Made by a program: the position numbers and the translations under genes | Notes under the pieces: model-generated | Told to the model about the DNA's origin: nothing | Databases searched by the model: none | The model's input: the letters and a program-made list of their open reading frames with translations, nothing else | Shown: positions 62,191 through 64,000 of the stretch, piece by piece | Layout of the letters: every line of letters starts with the position of its first letter | How positions within the stretch are numbered: position 1 is the stretch's first letter | Source: Macrostomum lignano | Taxonomy: Eukaryota | Direction of reading: 5' to 3' | NCBI GenBank assembly: GCA_002269645.1 | Contig: NIVC01003436.1 | Span: 33,826 to 97,825, forward strand | DNA: 64,000 nucleotides

Positions 62191-63514
62191 TCTTAGCAAG
62201 TCTTTAATTGATTGTTGACAGTGGTTAGTCTATGATTGAACCAAAACTGACCCTAAGCCCCCAAACCTACCCATAAGTGAGTCTTGGCAAAAAATTGCAT
62301 GAATCCTTATAGGAAACAATGATTATTGTCACAAAGATAAATTCGCTGCTTCAATACAGACTCGAACTGCCGACCTTCTGCTAAAAGCCTTATACTATTC
62401 AAGAAGTTTAGTAACTTCGGCAGTTTGAAGTTAACCCCCCCCCCTGAAATCGGCAGTTATCTCCACAACATCCTGAAATTAGCTATCACTTCTAATCCCA
62501 CAAACAGACTGCAGTCATACTCTTAGCAGCCTGCAGATATCCACTGTGCCGTCTAAAACTTTCATTAACATCAGCAAACTACAATACTTCACTCAGCAGT
62601 CCGCAGTTATCCACTCAACAACTTGCACTTAATTCTTCACAGCTATTATCCACTTTAAACTCTGTAGATAGTTATCCCCTCAACAGTTTGCTGCTATGCA
62701 CTCATAAGTGTGGAGGAACTACCTCAGCAGTTTGTTCCATTTTTCCCTTTGCAGTCTGCATGAATGATCCCTTTGACAATCTGCAGTTCCCCTCAGCATC
62801 TTCTGTTCTCCTTGCCAATAATCTTCCAATCTTCCAATAATCTAAAAATGTGCTCAGCATTTTACGGCTCACTAAACAATGTTCAGTACATATCGGCATT
62901 CTTTAAAAAACTCAAAATTTAGCAATACCTTTAAGCAATTTTAACAGCATGGTGTGCAGTTAAATAGCAATTTCATACTTTCATGGTGCGAGGCAGTACT
63001 CGTTGATGGGATCAGTAATACACGAAGCAGTTTTTAAAAATCAAATTTAATAAGTGGCTTGTGCCAAGTAGCAAAAATTATTTGCTAATTAATAAAAAGT
63101 GTTGCAATTAAAATTAATAAAAAATATGTTATATTTAGTCGAGTCACAAGCTACAAATGAATGAATTTACTTATTTTAATTATCCACCGGGGAGGCGGAC
63201 TCGAACCTTGTACCTTTTTTATTATTAGAGGCAGGGGGTTGTGTGCACCCTGGCGCACTTTAGGCGACATAGGCACACAACCGGCGAGAGGCATTGCTGC
63301 CCATTCCGCCGACTCCCCTGAGCAGGCATTACAAGCGCGCGGATACGTTACGCAGGCACACACTCACACAGGAGTGTACAGCGGCCCTAACTTTATCAAT
63401 TGTTAGGCATGTACACTTCACTGCGCCTTGGGGGGTTGGCTCTCAAGGCCGTTAATTGCACAAGCCGAGCCAAGCCGAAATTCCAATTCAGCCCCAATTA
63501 ATGTGACTGCACTT

Positions 63515-63574
63515 GGAATCGAGCCTGGTCGCGGCACACCAGAGCAGCTGCGCTACCGCTGGGCTACGGCCCCC
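63515..63574 (-). mobile_element. tRNA-derived SINE head
   Basis: Minus strand GGGGGCCGTAGCCCAGCGGTAGCGC (A box) ... GGCTCGATTCC (B box). Confidence 0.5.
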
Positions 63575-64000
63575 GAACCTTGTACCTTACGCCTAGCCTA
63601 AAACCTTAGTCCTATAGTGCCTACACTGCGGCTATTCCGCCTACTAATGGAAGGGCGCAAAAATCAGACATATATGCTTCGGCACTGCAGTCAAATACAT
63701 AGCAGTGATAGCCTGCTCAGTGTGCACAGTTTTGGTGCTGGAGAAGCCATTGCACAGTTTAAGTAAATCTGTCAATTTCAATACTTTTAAAATGCACTGG
63801 CTGATTTCTCTCTCCCTCCAGAGTGCCTGCGCAATGCTTGGCACACTGCCTCCTGCTGAAAAGCTCAGAGTCAGTTTATAGCGAGAATATGCAGTACGCA
63901 GTTGTGGCGCAATCATTTAGAATTGGAATTCAGCCAGTCAAGAATTCAACGCTGCTTGCCTTCCATTAAAAGCATTTAGATAAACTTGTTTTTCGAATAT

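Overview
Eukaryotic, intron-containing genomic DNA, not prokaryotic. GC-rich exons, spliceosomal GT-AG introns and about 25 different minisatellite arrays suggest the free-living flatworm Macrostomum; this is inferred from sequence style and was not checked by any search. Host genes I could reconstruct by hand: an intronless class A GPCR (8118-9434); a 2-exon polyQ CRAL-TRIO protein (14535-15746); a 4-exon zinc-finger protein (28597-31991); a Polycomb-like orthologue with Tudor, PHD, PHD, winged-helix and C-terminal chromo-like domains (33107-37879); a 2-exon small secreted protein (49439-54005); and the 3' exons of a probable GPI-anchored Ly6/three-finger-like protein (minus strand). Mobile DNA: two RTE-like LINE RT fragments and an APE endonuclease fragment; a MULE-like element with 9-bp TSD directly beside a P-like MITE with 8-bp TSD; a TAGGG-ended hAT-like element; a 5'-truncated Ngaro/DIRS-type tyrosine-recombinase retrotransposon fused to a foldback repeat; tandem Helentron/DINE-like modules; tRNA-derived SINE heads. 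Most notable observations: (1) a chimera at 47994-48905, where a LINE RNase H is inverted with twin-priming geometry and joined to a serially deleted copy of the Pcl 5' region; (2) a Pcl protein that seems to have lost its Tudor aromatic cage and winged-helix lysine patch while carrying AT-hook-like motifs; (3) a 21-bp minisatellite whose variation falls almost entirely at third codon positions of one reading frame. All exon joins and alignments were done by eye; repeat boundaries are approximate.
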